Positions 31,001-41,881 are shown, counted from the first letter of the stretch. The stretch is 64,000 bases of DNA from Clostridiales bacterium (GCA_012513435.1 JAAZCE010000040.1:32570-96569), one strand, 5' to 3'. Program-made: numbers and translations. Notes: a model not told the origin generated them from the sequence alone.

Positions 31001-32245
31001 CCGTACAAACGAGTTTTCTTCACAAAGGAAATGAAGAAGGACTATACAGTGCTTATTCCTGAAATGTCGCCTATACACTTCCAGTTCCTGGAGACTGCTT
31101 TGTCGCGAGTAGGATACAAGGCGAAGAGGCTCCCTACCGTAGACAAGAATGCGGTGGATGAAGGTTTGAAGTACATAAACAACGACGCATGTTATCCCAC
31201 TATCGTTACTCTGGGTCAGATAATATCTTATCTAAAGTCGGGAGAAGTGGACCTGGACAAGGTGGGAATATTCATGAGCCAGACAGGCGGTGGCTGCAGA
31301 GCTAGCAACTACGTTGCCCTGCTGAGAAAGGCTCTTAAGGATATGGACATGGAGCAGATACCCGTTATTTCGGTAAATATGGCAGGCCTTGAAAAAAATC
31401 AAGGCTTCAATCTGTCAGCGGGATTGCTTAAAAGAGGTCTTATGGCCCTCGTTTACGGAGACCTTTTCATGAGAGTCCTTTATAAAACGAGACCTTATGA
31501 GAAGGTGCCTGGCTCTGCAAATTCTCTGTATGAAAAATGGGTCAGAGTGGCGAGAAGAAACGTATATACGGGAAGCTACATAAAGTTCAAATCCACTGTA
31601 GCAGGTATAGTCAAAGACTTTGACAGGCTGCCCCTTCTGGACATTAAGAAGCCTAGAGTGGGCGTGGTCGGAGAGATACTTGTCAAGTATCATCCAAACG
31701 CCAATAACGATGTGGTGAATATCATAGAAAGAGAAGGTGGAGAGGCCGTTGTACTGGACCTTGTAGATTTCCTGCTTTACGGTATGTACAGCAAGGAATA
31801 TAACTTCATAAATCTTTCGGGAAGCTACGGTACAATGGTGGGGAACAAGGCAGCCATCAAGGTGATAGAATTTTTTCGTAAGCCTCTCAGAAAAGCCCTT
31901 TCAGAGAGTGGGAGGTTCCATGAGCCTATGCACATCGACAAGATAGCTAAGAAAGCCACAGAGGTCATTTCTCTTGGCAATCAGTGCGGAGAGGGCTGGC
32001 TTCTGACGGGAGAAATGGTGGACCTTATAGATGATGGCGTAGAAAACATTATATGTATGCAGCCATTTGCATGTCTGCCTAATCACGTTACGGGCAAAGG
32101 TATGATGAAGGCTATGCGTAAGCGAAATCCTCTAGCAAATATAGCGGCAATAGATTATGACCCGGGAGCTTCCGATGTCAATCAGCTTAACAGGATTAAA
32201 CTTATGATGTCCGCAGCTCACAAGAACCTGCAGCAAAAGGAATAG
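28019..32245 (+). CDS. CoA-substrate-specific enzyme activase / 2-hydroxyacyl-CoA dehydratase-related multidomain protein
   Basis: Two ASKHA ATPase domains (GIDVGSTT..CAGGTG; GIDAGSTT..CSSGCGS) followed by DUF2229-like and dehydratase-like regions (CYP, GGCRASNY, PFACLPNH). Confidence 0.9.
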   Translation: MRLGIDVGSTTVKLILLDTDNKILYSKYERHMSNVFETVVDLLEKMYEEVGDVKLKTVITGSGGLSLSNILKIPFEQEVVTCSAAVEALIPQTDVAIELGGEDAKITFYGQTVEQRMNGTCAGGTGAFIDQMAVLLNTDADGLNEAAKKHTMMYPIAARCGVFAKTDIQPLINEGAPIEDLAASIFQAVVNQTISGLACGRTIKGKVAFLGGPLSFLSELRKRFIQTLELADEDIVFPGDSKLFVAIGAAINAEKYDKIEFREIIERIQNTDPAALSDTKHIDPLFKDLNDYKKFIERHSRHQIKKRDIKKARGKVFLGIDAGSTTTKAALIDEEKNLLYSYYRSNEGKPLEATIRMFKELYSLLPPKAYIANVTATGYGEGLIKSAFKADLGEIETMAHYKAAEEFLPGVDFILDIGGQDMKCMRIKDGAIYNIMLNEACSSGCGSFIETYAKSVNMDVKSFATEALFAKAPVDLGTRCTVFMNSKVKQAQKEGASIGDISAGLSYSVIKNALYKVIKLRNPDEAGKKIVVQGGTFLNDAVLRAIENIMGKEIVRPDIAGLMGAYGAALIAQKHYVQDTVSSVITEKELTEFNVKTSHIRCNKCENNCLITVNRFNDGSKFFTGNRCERGEGKPLGSSSKLPNLFEYKLERLFRYTPLTIEESKRGVVGIPRVLNMYENYPFWFVLFTRLGFSVLLSPPSNKDMYEKGMETISSDTACYPAKLVHGHIKWLVDNGASWIFYPSINYERVEDETAPNHYNCPIVATYPEVIAGNMDDIFEENGVTFSHPFLPYDKDEKLSRELFKVLRRTGVGRLELEDAIKMARAEDKRVRDDTKKRGEYSLKYARDHKKKAVILAGRPYHLDPEVNHGIDKIISSFDMIVLTEDSIAHLGKLNRPIRVLDQWMYHSRLYKAATFAGTTDDVEIVQLNSFGCGLDAVTTDQVEEITKKNNKLYTTLKIDEGSNMGAARIRIRSLKAAMDERAKNDVKHIEDKSPYKRVFFTKEMKKDYTVLIPEMSPIHFQFLETALSRVGYKAKRLPTVDKNAVDEGLKYINNDACYPTIVTLGQIISYLKSGEVDLDKVGIFMSQTGGGCRASNYVALLRKALKDMDMEQIPVISVNMAGLEKNQGFNLSAGLLKRGLMALVYGDLFMRVLYKTRPYEKVPGSANSLYEKWVRVARRNVYTGSYIKFKSTVAGIVKDFDRLPLLDIKKPRVGVVGEILVKYHPNANNDVVNIIEREGGEAVVLDLVDFLLYGMYSKEYNFINLSGSYGTMVGNKAAIKVIEFFRKPLRKALSESGRFHEPMHIDKIAKKATEVISLGNQCGEGWLLTGEMVDLIDDGVENIICMQPFACLPNHVTGKGMMKAMRKRNPLANIAAIDYDPGASDVNQLNRIKLMMSAAHKNLQQKE

Positions 32246-32313
32246 GTATTGAATTAAGTGGCGTTTGGGTGTATAATTTTTAAAGGAAAAATTTGAAGTT
32301 AGGAGGTGTCTCC

Positions 32314-33048
32314 ATGGGAAGACACGGGACAATCGCAGGAAGAAAGGCAGCACAGGATTCTAAACGTGCGGCAATGTTTACAAAATACGCAAGAGCTATT
32401 ATCGTAGCAGCTAAAGCAGGAGGAGACCCCGACTACAATGCTACCTTAAGAGTTGCCATAGAAAAAGCAAAGGGCATAGGGATGCCTAACGATAACATTA
32501 AGAGAGCCGTTAAGAAGGGTACAGGAGAGCTTGAGGGAGAAACCTATGAAGAACTGAGCTTTGAGGGTTACGGAGTAGGCGGCGTAGCGGTTATCGTAGA
32601 AGCACTTACGGATAACAAGAACAGAACAACTTCTGCTGTAAGGTCGACATTTGACAAACACGGAGGCAATCTGGGAACGCCGGGATGCGTGTCGTATATG
32701 TTCGCAAGAAAAGGTGTTATTGTAATAGAAAAGATAGAAGATATTGATGAGGACAGTCTGATGGAGGTTGCTCTTGAGGCGGGGGCTGAAGACATGATAA
32801 GTCATGAGGACAGCTTTGAAATATTGACAGACCCGGAAAGCTACATAGATGTCCACGGAGCTGTTACCAATGCAGGATACGAGATTCTCGATTCCGATGT
32901 GGAATACGTACCTTCCATGGAAGCGGCACCTAAGGATGCTAAGGACCTAAAAGCATTGAAAAAAATGATAGATACTCTTGAGGATAATGATGACGTCCAG
33001 AAAGTACATCACAACTGCAGTGCAGATTTGGAAGCTATTGAATTATAA
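32314..33048 (+). CDS. YebC/PmpR family protein
   Basis: GGDPDYNATLR, MPNDNIKRA, EGYGVGG, TDNKNRT, DNDDVQKV; AGGAGG RBS. Confidence 0.96.
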   Translation: MGRHGTIAGRKAAQDSKRAAMFTKYARAIIVAAKAGGDPDYNATLRVAIEKAKGIGMPNDNIKRAVKKGTGELEGETYEELSFEGYGVGGVAVIVEALTDNKNRTTSAVRSTFDKHGGNLGTPGCVSYMFARKGVIVIEKIEDIDEDSLMEVALEAGAEDMISHEDSFEILTDPESYIDVHGAVTNAGYEILDSDVEYVPSMEAAPKDAKDLKALKKMIDTLEDNDDVQKVHHNCSADLEAIEL

Positions 33049-33080
33049 TAATTTGATAGAAGCAACATATAATAGAAATA

Positions 33081-33253
33081 AATCCTGAAGTGTGCGTCGA
33101 GGTATTATAATTCAACCTACGTTATGACATTGGGAGCCTGGGTTTTCTCAGCGGCTGTCATGCCTCCTAAGTGTGGAAGACAAAAGTGGAAACAGGGCAC
33201 CCCCCTATTTTAGGATAGGGTGTGAATTATATCCTCGACGGCATATCGGGATT
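33081..33253 (+). ncRNA. ssrS: 6S RNA
   Basis: About 175-nt rod: AATCCTGA/TCGGGATT and GTCGAGG/CCTCGAC closing stems, TGGGAGC..GGGCACCC elements typical of Firmicutes 6S. Confidence 0.85.
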
Positions 33254-33276
33254 ATTTTTTGAAAGGAGAGATGAAA

Positions 33277-35130
33277 ATGTCCAAAAAACAATTTAAAGCA
33301 GAATCAAAGAAGTTGCTAGATTTAATGATTAACTCAATTTACACTCACAAGGAAATATTTATGAGAGAGCTTATTTCCAATGCCAGCGATGCTATAGATA
33401 AGCTTTATTATCATAGCCTTACAGACGGAAATACCGGTCTTTCACGAGAAAGTTTTGCTATCCTCATCGAGGTAGACCAGGATGCAAGAACGTTAAAGAT
33501 AACGGATAACGGTATAGGTATGAGCAAGGAAGAGTTGGAAAAGAATCTAGGGACCATAGCCAGAAGCGGCTCTCTTGATTTTAAGGCCGAAATGGAAGAG
33601 CAGGAAGGTGTGGATATTATAGGTCAATTTGGCGTAGGCTTTTATTCGGCATTCATGGTAAGCGAGAAGGTAAGCGTGACAAGCAAGGCCTTTGGTTCAC
33701 AGGAGGCGTGGAAATGGGAATCCTCCGGTGCTGACGGCTATACCATAAAGGAAGCGGAGAGGAAAAGTAATGGAACGGAAATAGTGCTTACATTAAAGGA
33801 AGATTCAGAGGACGAACAGTACAGCTCTTATCTGGACAGCTACCGCATTAAATCCCTTGTAAGCAAATATTCCGATTATATAAGATACCCTATCCAGATG
33901 ATGGGCGAGAAGGACGAAGTAAAGGAACTTGAAACTTTAAACAGCATGGTGCCTCTCTGGAAGAAGAGCAAGAGCGAACTGAAGGACGAGGATTACAACA
34001 ACTTCTATAAAGAAAAATTTTATGATTTTACGGATCCACAGAAGGTTATACATAGCGATGTAGAAGGAGTTGTAAGCTATACATCATTGCTGTTCATCCC
34101 TTCTCAGGCACCGTACAACTATTATACGAGGGATTACGAAAAGGGTTTGCAGCTCTATTCCTCCGGGGTGCTGATTATGGATAAGTGTTCTGATTTGCTT
34201 CCTGACTACTTCAGCTTTGTTAAGGGACTTGTAGACTCACAGGACCTGTCCCTTAACATTTCCAGGGAAATGCTCCAGCATGACAGACAACTTAAGGCAA
34301 TAGCTAAGAGAGTGGGGAAGAAGATAAAGAGTGAGCTTCTTGATATGCTCAATACAGACAGAGATAAGTACGTTCAGTTCTTCAAGAACTTTGGCCTCCA
34401 GTTAAAATACGGGGTTTACGATGGTTTCGGAGCCAACAAGGAAACCCTTAAAGATCTGGTAATGTTCTATTCCTCAAGCGAGGATGCTCTCTGTACCTTA
34501 TCGGAATACGTGAGTCGTATGAAGCATGAACAGAAGAATATATATTACGCCTGTGGTGAAAGCGTTGAGAAAATTGATAAACTGCCGCAAACGGAGTTGC
34601 TCAAGGACAAGGGCTATGAGATACTGTATCTAACAGATGATGTGGACGAATTTGCTCTTCAGATGCTCCACGACTTCGATGAGAAGGAATTTAAGTCCGT
34701 ATCGGCTGAGGACCTTGGAATCGAGGAAGGCAAGGAAGACAAAGAGAAAGCGGAGAAGCAGACGGAAGAAAGCAAGGATATGCTTGAAGCCATGAAGGAG
34801 GCTCTCCAGGATAAGGTCAGCGAAGTCAGATTGTCTCAGAGATTAAAGAGCCATCCTGTGTGCCTCACGTCAAAGGGAGAGCTTTCCATAGAAATGGAAA
34901 AGGTTCTCAATTCAATGCCTACGGACCAAAAAGTTCAGGCAGACAGAGTTCTTGAGATAAATGCCAAGCATCCGGTTGTCGATATTTTGAAAAAGGTATA
35001 CGAGGATGACCAGGATGCTCTTGGAACTTATACAAAGCTTCTTTACGATCAGGCGCTTCTCATAGAAGGACTGCCTATTGAAGACCCGGTTGAGTTCTCC
35101 AATTCAATATGCAAGTTGATGATAAAATAA
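33277..35130 (+). CDS. htpG: Hsp90 chaperone
   Basis: [43 protein letters not shown]. Confidence 0.98.
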   Translation: MSKKQFKAESKKLLDLMINSIYTHKEIFMRELISNASDAIDKLYYHSLTDGNTGLSRESFAILIEVDQDARTLKITDNGIGMSKEELEKNLGTIARSGSLDFKAEMEEQEGVDIIGQFGVGFYSAFMVSEKVSVTSKAFGSQEAWKWESSGADGYTIKEAERKSNGTEIVLTLKEDSEDEQYSSYLDSYRIKSLVSKYSDYIRYPIQMMGEKDEVKELETLNSMVPLWKKSKSELKDEDYNNFYKEKFYDFTDPQKVIHSDVEGVVSYTSLLFIPSQAPYNYYTRDYEKGLQLYSSGVLIMDKCSDLLPDYFSFVKGLVDSQDLSLNISREMLQHDRQLKAIAKRVGKKIKSELLDMLNTDRDKYVQFFKNFGLQLKYGVYDGFGANKETLKDLVMFYSSSEDALCTLSEYVSRMKHEQKNIYYACGESVEKIDKLPQTELLKDKGYEILYLTDDVDEFALQMLHDFDEKEFKSVSAEDLGIEEGKEDKEKAEKQTEESKDMLEAMKEALQDKVSEVRLSQRLKSHPVCLTSKGELSIEMEKVLNSMPTDQKVQADRVLEINAKHPVVDILKKVYEDDQDALGTYTKLLYDQALLIEGLPIEDPVEFSNSICKLMIK

Positions 35131-35132
35131 TT

Positions 35133-35945
35133 ATGTTAACATCTCAAGAAATATACGAAAAAATGTCAGGCTCTGCCGTGACCAAAGCTGAAGGTACATT
35201 CCTGAGGTTGCTCATAATGGGTATACTGGCAGGGGCATACATAGCTTTCGGAGCTGAGGCGTCCTCAATGGCTTCATTCAATCTGATTGCCAACCCCGGA
35301 ACCTTTGGGCTGGGCAAGTTGGCTGCTGCCATAGTATTCCCTGTGGGTCTTATGCTGGTGCTGCTGTGCGGCGCAGAGTTGTTCACCGGCAATTGTCTGA
35401 TGGTTTGTGGTATCGCCGACAAGAGGATAAGCACCTCGGCCATGCTGCGGAATTGGGCTATCGTTTACATAGGAAACTTAATAGGCGCGTTACTAATAGT
35501 CTTCATGATGTCCCTTTCTGGACTGTGGGAAAGCGGTGGAGGCTTGCTTGGTGCCATAACCGTGAAAACGGCAGCATCGAAGGCAGGACTTTCCTTTGGA
35601 AAGGCCTTTATCCTGGGAATTCTCTGCAACTGGCTTGTATGTCTGGCAGTGTGGATGGCCGCAGGCTCTAAAGAATTTATAGGAAAGATATTTGCTATTT
35701 TATTCTGTGTAGGCGCATTCGTATTATCTGGATTTGAGCATAGTGTGGCCAATATGTATTTTATACCGGCAGGCATCGCAGCATCGGGAAACGAAGCCTT
35801 TGTTGCTGCTGCAGGTGTTGATATTTCAGGGCTCAACGTTTATGGTTTTCTTGTTAAGAATCTGCTGCCTGTAACACTTGGCAATATAGTAGGCGGTTCA
35901 CTCTTTGTGGGTATGGCTTACTGGCTGGTCAACAAGAAGCTGTAA
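35133..35945 (+). CDS. Formate/nitrite transporter (FNT) family
   Basis: GAELFTGN, GILCNWLVCLAVW, FEHSVANM, VTLGNIVGG. Confidence 0.95.
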   Translation: MLTSQEIYEKMSGSAVTKAEGTFLRLLIMGILAGAYIAFGAEASSMASFNLIANPGTFGLGKLAAAIVFPVGLMLVLLCGAELFTGNCLMVCGIADKRISTSAMLRNWAIVYIGNLIGALLIVFMMSLSGLWESGGGLLGAITVKTAASKAGLSFGKAFILGILCNWLVCLAVWMAAGSKEFIGKIFAILFCVGAFVLSGFEHSVANMYFIPAGIAASGNEAFVAAAGVDISGLNVYGFLVKNLLPVTLGNIVGGSLFVGMAYWLVNKKL

Positions 35946-35981
35946 TAGATAAAAAAATTTAATAGACAAAAGGAGAACAAA

Positions 35982-37583
35982 ATGAAGAATCAGCTTACTG
36001 TAAGAAGTATGGTGATTGGTGCTGTCGGTGCTGTGATAATAACCACAAGCTCCATGTTTATCGCACTGAAACTAAGCTCATTACCGTGGCCGATAATGTT
36101 TGTGGCATTGGTATCTATGTTTTCACTCAAAGCAATAGGTAAGACCAATCTGAGGGAAATAAACGTAACGCATACTGCAATGTCGGCAGGGGCTATGGTA
36201 GCAGGAGGACTGGCTTTCACCCTGCCAGGTATCTGGATGCTGAACCCTGAGGTGGATATGAACTGGGGAAAGCTCATGCTGCTGACAATTGGGGGAGTCA
36301 TACTCGGCTTGATTTTCACATCCCTCATCAGGAAATACTTCGTAGATACCAAGGGGTTGTCTTATCCTATGGGACAAGCAGCGGCGGAGACCCTTAAGGC
36401 AGGAGACTTAGGCGGAAAGAAAGCCCTGACTCTTTTCCTTACTATGGGCATTGCGGCAGTCTATACATTTATAAGGGATTGGATGGCAAAGATACCGGCT
36501 GTAATTGTAAGCAAAAGGCTTGCGATTTACGGTTCATCGGCAGGTATGTATTTATCGCCTATGCTGGTGGGAGTAGGTTACATTATAGGGCCTGTGGCGA
36601 TAACAGTATGGTTCATAGGAGCCATAATAGGAGATGGCGGAATTCTTATAATCTGCAACAAGGCAGGCTTTTGGGACGTTGCGACTGCAATGACCGTTAA
36701 GCAGTCTCTTGGAATAGGCCTCATGGTCGGTACCGGAATCGGCATAATCGTCAAGGGAATACTTCCCAAGGCCAAGGAAATATTCGGCGGGATGTTCAAG
36801 AAAAATGCTGTGGGCGATGCAATAGTTCCCATGAGATGGGCGCCTATAGCAATGGTTTTTTTAGCATTTTTGTTTACCTTATTTCTCGATATGGGTATAG
36901 TTGCTTCCATAGTTACAATAGTAGGCGTATGGGTAGCTACTGCCATGTCCGCACAGTGTGTGGGACAGTCGGGAATAAATCCCATGGAAATATTTGGCAT
37001 AATAGTTTTGCTGGCTGTGAAGGCAGTATCGAGTATAGGCCACACCGAGGCGTTTTTCGTGGCGGCAATAGTTGCTGTTGCCTGCGGTCTTGTAGGCGAT
37101 GTAATGAACGATTTCAAAGAAGGAAAGATACTGGGGACAGACCCGAAGGCTCAGTGGATTGCAGAGTCTATCGGAGGCATCATTGGTGCCGTGGTATCCG
37201 TAGGAGTGCTGATGATAATAGTTGAGGCCTACGGTGCAGGATGCTTCGGAAGCGAGATGTTTCCTGCTGCACAGGCAGGGGCAGTAGCTGCCATGGTAGG
37301 CGGTATATCCAACATACCCGCCTTCCTTATTGGCCTAGTGTCCGCAATTATCCTGTATATACTGAAGTTCCCCGTTATGACACTTGGCCTTGGTGTATAT
37401 CTTCCGTTTTACATGTCGGCTACGGCATTTCTGGGAGGAGCCCTTAGATTCATAGTTGATAAATTCATTCCTCAGTTTGAAAAGAAAGGGAAAGGGACTA
37501 TTATTGCGTCAGGCTTGCTGGGCGGCGAAGCCATAGTAGGCGTCATCATTGCTTTAATAGTTGCACTTCAGGTAATAGCATGA
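35982..37583 (+). CDS. OPT/YSL family oligopeptide transporter
   Basis: Polytopic; YPMGQAAAE, MNDFKEG..GTDPKAQ, FPAAQA, ASGLLGGE. Confidence 0.85.
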   Translation: MKNQLTVRSMVIGAVGAVIITTSSMFIALKLSSLPWPIMFVALVSMFSLKAIGKTNLREINVTHTAMSAGAMVAGGLAFTLPGIWMLNPEVDMNWGKLMLLTIGGVILGLIFTSLIRKYFVDTKGLSYPMGQAAAETLKAGDLGGKKALTLFLTMGIAAVYTFIRDWMAKIPAVIVSKRLAIYGSSAGMYLSPMLVGVGYIIGPVAITVWFIGAIIGDGGILIICNKAGFWDVATAMTVKQSLGIGLMVGTGIGIIVKGILPKAKEIFGGMFKKNAVGDAIVPMRWAPIAMVFLAFLFTLFLDMGIVASIVTIVGVWVATAMSAQCVGQSGINPMEIFGIIVLLAVKAVSSIGHTEAFFVAAIVAVACGLVGDVMNDFKEGKILGTDPKAQWIAESIGGIIGAVVSVGVLMIIVEAYGAGCFGSEMFPAAQAGAVAAMVGGISNIPAFLIGLVSAIILYILKFPVMTLGLGVYLPFYMSATAFLGGALRFIVDKFIPQFEKKGKGTIIASGLLGGEAIVGVIIALIVALQVIA

Positions 37584-38560
37584 TGTATGATTTTTTGAAG
37601 GAAATCAATATTAATCAGATAGAAGGCTTTAATATCGGCAATGCACAGAATGAAGAAGGCGGTACAGGTTGTACCGCCATTCTCTGTAAAACGGGGGCGG
37701 CGGCAGGTGTGGCTGTAAGAGGCGGAGGACCTGCGACGAGAGAAACGGACTTGCTGAATCCTGTCAATATGTGTCAGCAGGTTCACGGAGTTCTTCTTTC
37801 GGGAGGCAGTGCCTACGGCCTTGAGGCTGCAGGCGGGATAATGAAGTATCTTGAGAAAAATGATATTGGCTTTGATGTAGGCATGGGACGTGTTCCCATA
37901 GTGCCGGGAGCTTGTCTGTTCGACTTGATAGCAGGAGATTTTAAATGCAGGCCCAATGAGGCTATGGGATATGAGGCATGTGTCAACGCAGAGAAAAACT
38001 CACCGCAGATGGGTAATCACGGAGCGGGAACGGGAGCCACGGTAGGCAAATTCATGGGCGTAGAGAGGCTTATGAAGGGCGGACTCGGCTCATACGCAAT
38101 TCAAATAGGGGAACTGAAGGTAGGGGCCGTAGTTGCCGTTAATTGTCTGGGAGATGTGTACGATGTGGATACGGGAGAAAAACTGGCCGGATTGTTGACA
38201 AAAGACGGTAAAAGCCTTGACTGTACTCGTCGAGTTATGTGGGGTTCCGTGGAAACGAAGAAGAACGTTTTCACAGGCAACACTACCATAGGATGCATCA
38301 TAACCAATGCTGCCCTTACAAAGGACCAATGCAACAAGTTGGCTGCCATGGCTCATGATGGCTATGCCTATGCTATTAAACCGGTGCATACATCTGCAGA
38401 CGGAGATACTATATTCCTCCTCACCAACGGAGATGTTGCCGTCAATCAAGATGCTCTGGGAGACCTGGGAGCATACGTTATGGCAAAGGCCATAGGTGAC
38501 GGAGTAAAGAAAGCCAAAGGCGCGTATGGATTCAAAGCAGCAAGCCAATTATATTATTAG
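37580..38560 (+). CDS. P1/S58 family peptidase (DmpA-like)
   Basis: RGGGPATRETDLL, LSGGSAYGL, GAGTGA, GNTTIG autoprocessing site, PVHTSADGD. Confidence 0.92.
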   Translation: MMYDFLKEININQIEGFNIGNAQNEEGGTGCTAILCKTGAAAGVAVRGGGPATRETDLLNPVNMCQQVHGVLLSGGSAYGLEAAGGIMKYLEKNDIGFDVGMGRVPIVPGACLFDLIAGDFKCRPNEAMGYEACVNAEKNSPQMGNHGAGTGATVGKFMGVERLMKGGLGSYAIQIGELKVGAVVAVNCLGDVYDVDTGEKLAGLLTKDGKSLDCTRRVMWGSVETKKNVFTGNTTIGCIITNAALTKDQCNKLAAMAHDGYAYAIKPVHTSADGDTIFLLTNGDVAVNQDALGDLGAYVMAKAIGDGVKKAKGAYGFKAASQLYY

Positions 38561-38583
38561 AATACGGGATCAAGAGGTGTGAT

Positions 38584-41259
38584 ATGAAGAGGATAGCCAT
38601 AATCGACGGAAACAGTTTAATCAACAGGGCCTATTATGCTATGCGTAATCCTATGATAACAAAGAGCGGGATATTTACACAGGGAATATTCGGGTTTTTG
38701 AATATGATGGAAAAAATAAAAAGGGATTACGAGCCAGAATACATGGCTATCGCCTTTGATATGAAAGCGCCTACATTCAGACACAAAGAGTACGATGCAT
38801 ACAAGGCAGGACGTAAAAAAATGCCTCCTGAACTGGCCATGCAGATACCGCTTTTGAAGGATGTACTCAGAGCCATGAAAATCAAGGAAATAGAGCTTGA
38901 AGGGTATGAGGCGGATGATATTATTGGCACAATAGCCAAGAGTGCAGAGGAAGAGAGACTTGAGCCTTATATCATAACGGGAGACAAGGATGAGCTTCAG
39001 CTTGCTACAGATATTACCAAAGTAATAATAACGAAAAAAGGCGTGTCCGACTTTGATATATACGATAAGGAGGCCATGATTGACCGATACGGCCTTACAC
39101 CGGATCAGTTCATTGACCTCAAGGGGCTCATGGGTGATCAGTCGGACAACATCCCGGGAATTCCGGGAGTGGGAGAGAAGACTGCTACCAAGCTTCTCCT
39201 GCAATACGGCAGCGTTGAAAACATAATTGCCAAAGTAGACGAGCTTACACCTAAGGGTGTGAAGGAAAAGGTAGAAAACAACGCACAGCTTGCGGTTATG
39301 AGTAAGCGCTTGGCTACTATATTCACCCAAGTGCCAATCGAAATAAATTTTGAAGAGTTTCTTATAGAGGAGCCAGATTACGACGAACTTATTTCCATTT
39401 ACACCAAGCTGGAATTCAATAAATTCCTGAAAAAGCTTAAGGTCAGCAGAGGTGCAGGTGTTTCTGTGGCTGCGGCCGAAGCTTTTACTGATGAAGCCAC
39501 AGATATGATAGACACCTCAGGTTTTAAGAAGATTCGCATTCAGAGCAAGGAAGAACTGGATAAGCTATCCTTATCGGGAGAGATCATCATTAAGATCTTC
39601 GGAGATTACAATCACCTGGGAAGACCCTTGATTGAGGGTGTGGCTATGATGAACGAGAGCAGCTATTACTACTGCACCAATATCCCGGACGTGTTCAAGT
39701 GGCTCGATACGAAGGACGTATCCTTCCTGGGTCACGAGTTAAAAAGAGACTACTACATGATGCTTTGCAGCGGCATGAATAAGATAGAATCCTCCTTCGA
39801 TACGGCTATCGCTCAATACGTATTGGATTCGGGTAGAAGCAATTATAGCCTTGCCGCACTTTCTAACGAATATCTGCATATCACCGTTGAGGATGAAAAG
39901 GACTTTGGCGAGGCCCACGACCAGTTGGAGCTCTTTGCTGACAACACTGCAGAATATATGGAGTATGGGTTTAGGTATTGCAGTGCCATTCTTAATCTGG
40001 CACATCAGCAGAAGGTTAGGCTGGCGGAAGAAAACCTGGAGAAGGTCTTTTATGAAATAGAAATGCCCCTTGTTTTAGTCATGGCGTCTATGGAAAGAGA
40101 GGGCTTTAAAGTAGATAAGGAAGAATTTGTAAGCTTCGGGGAAAGGCTTTCTTCGGAGATAGACAGTATTTCCAAGAGGATATATGATTTAGCCGAGGAA
40201 AGTTTTAACATAAACTCCCCGCTTCAGCTGGGGGAAATACTTTTTGAGAAGCTGGGACTTCCTTCGGCGAAGAAAACCAAGAGAGGATACTCTACCAATG
40301 CCGAGGTCCTTGAAGGAATCAGGGACGAACACAGTATAGTTCCACTTATTTTAGAGTACAGAACCTTGTCGAAGCTAAAGGGAACATATATTGACGGAAT
40401 GCTTCCTCTGATTTCTTCAGAAGACGGGAAGATTCATGCTCATTTCAATCAGACCGTTACCACTACGGGAAGGATAAGCTGTACGGAGCCTAATCTGCAG
40501 AACATTCCTATAAGACAGGAGCTGGGAAGGAAGCTGCGAAAATCCTTTATACCTAACGATGACAGCTGCATATTGACAGGTGCCGACTATTCTCAGATAG
40601 AGCTGAGGGTACTTGCGCATATGTCGGGAGACGAAGTTCTTATTAAGGCCTTTAACGACGGCGAGGATATACACAGAGCTACTGCATCCAATGTTCTGGG
40701 AGTTCCTGAGGACGAGATAACCATAGAACAAAGAAGCAGGGCCAAGGCTGTTAATTTTGGTGTTATTTATGGAATGAGTTCCTTCGGATTGTCGTCGGAG
40801 CTGGGCATAACCAGAAAGGAAGCCGACGAATATATTAAGACATATTTTGAAAAGCACATGGCCGTTAGGGAATTTATGGATGCACAAAAAGAATTTTGCA
40901 AAACCAAGGGTTTCGTGAATACCATGCTGGGTAGGAAGCGATATATTAAGGAAATCAATGCCTCTGCATATATGGTGAGGCAGGTAGGCGAACGCCTTGC
41001 CATGAATACCCCGATTCAGGGAAGTGCCGCAGACATAATAAAAATTGCTATGGTGAAGATCTACTATGCATTGAAGGAGGCCGGATTAAAATCAATGCTC
41101 ATACTACAGGTACACGATGAACTTATTATCAATACCTACCAGGATGAGAAGGATGAAGTGGAAAGACTTCTTGTAGATAACATGGAGTCGGCATACGAGC
41201 TTGCGGTGAAATTAAAGGCTGATTTAAATGAAGGAAAGAACTGGTATGAGCTTAAATAG
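38584..41259 (+). CDS. polA: DNA polymerase I
   Basis: IDGNSLINRAYY, EADD, GDQSDNIPG; DYSQIELR, KAVNFGVIYG, QVHDEL. Confidence 0.99.
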   Translation: MKRIAIIDGNSLINRAYYAMRNPMITKSGIFTQGIFGFLNMMEKIKRDYEPEYMAIAFDMKAPTFRHKEYDAYKAGRKKMPPELAMQIPLLKDVLRAMKIKEIELEGYEADDIIGTIAKSAEEERLEPYIITGDKDELQLATDITKVIITKKGVSDFDIYDKEAMIDRYGLTPDQFIDLKGLMGDQSDNIPGIPGVGEKTATKLLLQYGSVENIIAKVDELTPKGVKEKVENNAQLAVMSKRLATIFTQVPIEINFEEFLIEEPDYDELISIYTKLEFNKFLKKLKVSRGAGVSVAAAEAFTDEATDMIDTSGFKKIRIQSKEELDKLSLSGEIIIKIFGDYNHLGRPLIEGVAMMNESSYYYCTNIPDVFKWLDTKDVSFLGHELKRDYYMMLCSGMNKIESSFDTAIAQYVLDSGRSNYSLAALSNEYLHITVEDEKDFGEAHDQLELFADNTAEYMEYGFRYCSAILNLAHQQKVRLAEENLEKVFYEIEMPLVLVMASMEREGFKVDKEEFVSFGERLSSEIDSISKRIYDLAEESFNINSPLQLGEILFEKLGLPSAKKTKRGYSTNAEVLEGIRDEHSIVPLILEYRTLSKLKGTYIDGMLPLISSEDGKIHAHFNQTVTTTGRISCTEPNLQNIPIRQELGRKLRKSFIPNDDSCILTGADYSQIELRVLAHMSGDEVLIKAFNDGEDIHRATASNVLGVPEDEITIEQRSRAKAVNFGVIYGMSSFGLSSELGITRKEADEYIKTYFEKHMAVREFMDAQKEFCKTKGFVNTMLGRKRYIKEINASAYMVRQVGERLAMNTPIQGSAADIIKIAMVKIYYALKEAGLKSMLILQVHDELIINTYQDEKDEVERLLVDNMESAYELAVKLKADLNEGKNWYELK

Positions 41260-41881
41260 GGAAATCATGGTCATAGGGCTGACAGGAGGCATAGGCACGG
41301 GGAAATCAACTGCTGCCGCCTATTTAAAAAGCAAAGGCCTTGCGCATATAGATGCGGATAAGATAAGCAGACAGCTTACGGCTGAAGGAAGCCCTATGTT
41401 GCCTGTTCTCAACCGTGTCTTCGGACCTGACGGAGAAATGGGAAAGCCGGGAAGAGAGGTGCTGTTTGCCGATGGATCTTTAGACAGAAAAGCACTGGCT
41501 TCTATGGTTTTTTGCGATAAATTAAAAAGACAAAAGCTTGATGAAATAATGTTCAGTGCTATAATAGAGGAAATAGACAGGCAGATAAAGGAATTTCAGA
41601 ATACTGGAATGTCAGGAATACTTATAGATGCACCGCTACTCTTTGAGGCCGGCCTTGATAGCAGATGCGACGTAATTCTTCTTTTGGTTGCTGATGAAGC
41701 TGTGAAAATTGATAGGGTATGCAAGAGGGATGGAGTTACGACCAGGGAAGTACGCAATAGGATAAACAGCCAAATGAGCGATGAAGATAAGATGAAGCAA
41801 GCAGATATAGTTATTGATAACTCAGGAAATGAGGAAGAACTTTACCGGAAGCTTGACTACAGTTTAGAGAATACATTATAA
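41246..41881 (+). CDS. coaE: Dephospho-CoA kinase (alternative start 41267)
   Basis: GLTGGIGTGKST P-loop, IDAD, PLLFE; follows polA. Confidence 0.95.
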   Translation: MSLNREIMVIGLTGGIGTGKSTAAAYLKSKGLAHIDADKISRQLTAEGSPMLPVLNRVFGPDGEMGKPGREVLFADGSLDRKALASMVFCDKLKRQKLDEIMFSAIIEEIDRQIKEFQNTGMSGILIDAPLLFEAGLDSRCDVILLLVADEAVKIDRVCKRDGVTTREVRNRINSQMSDEDKMKQADIVIDNSGNEEELYRKLDYSLENTL

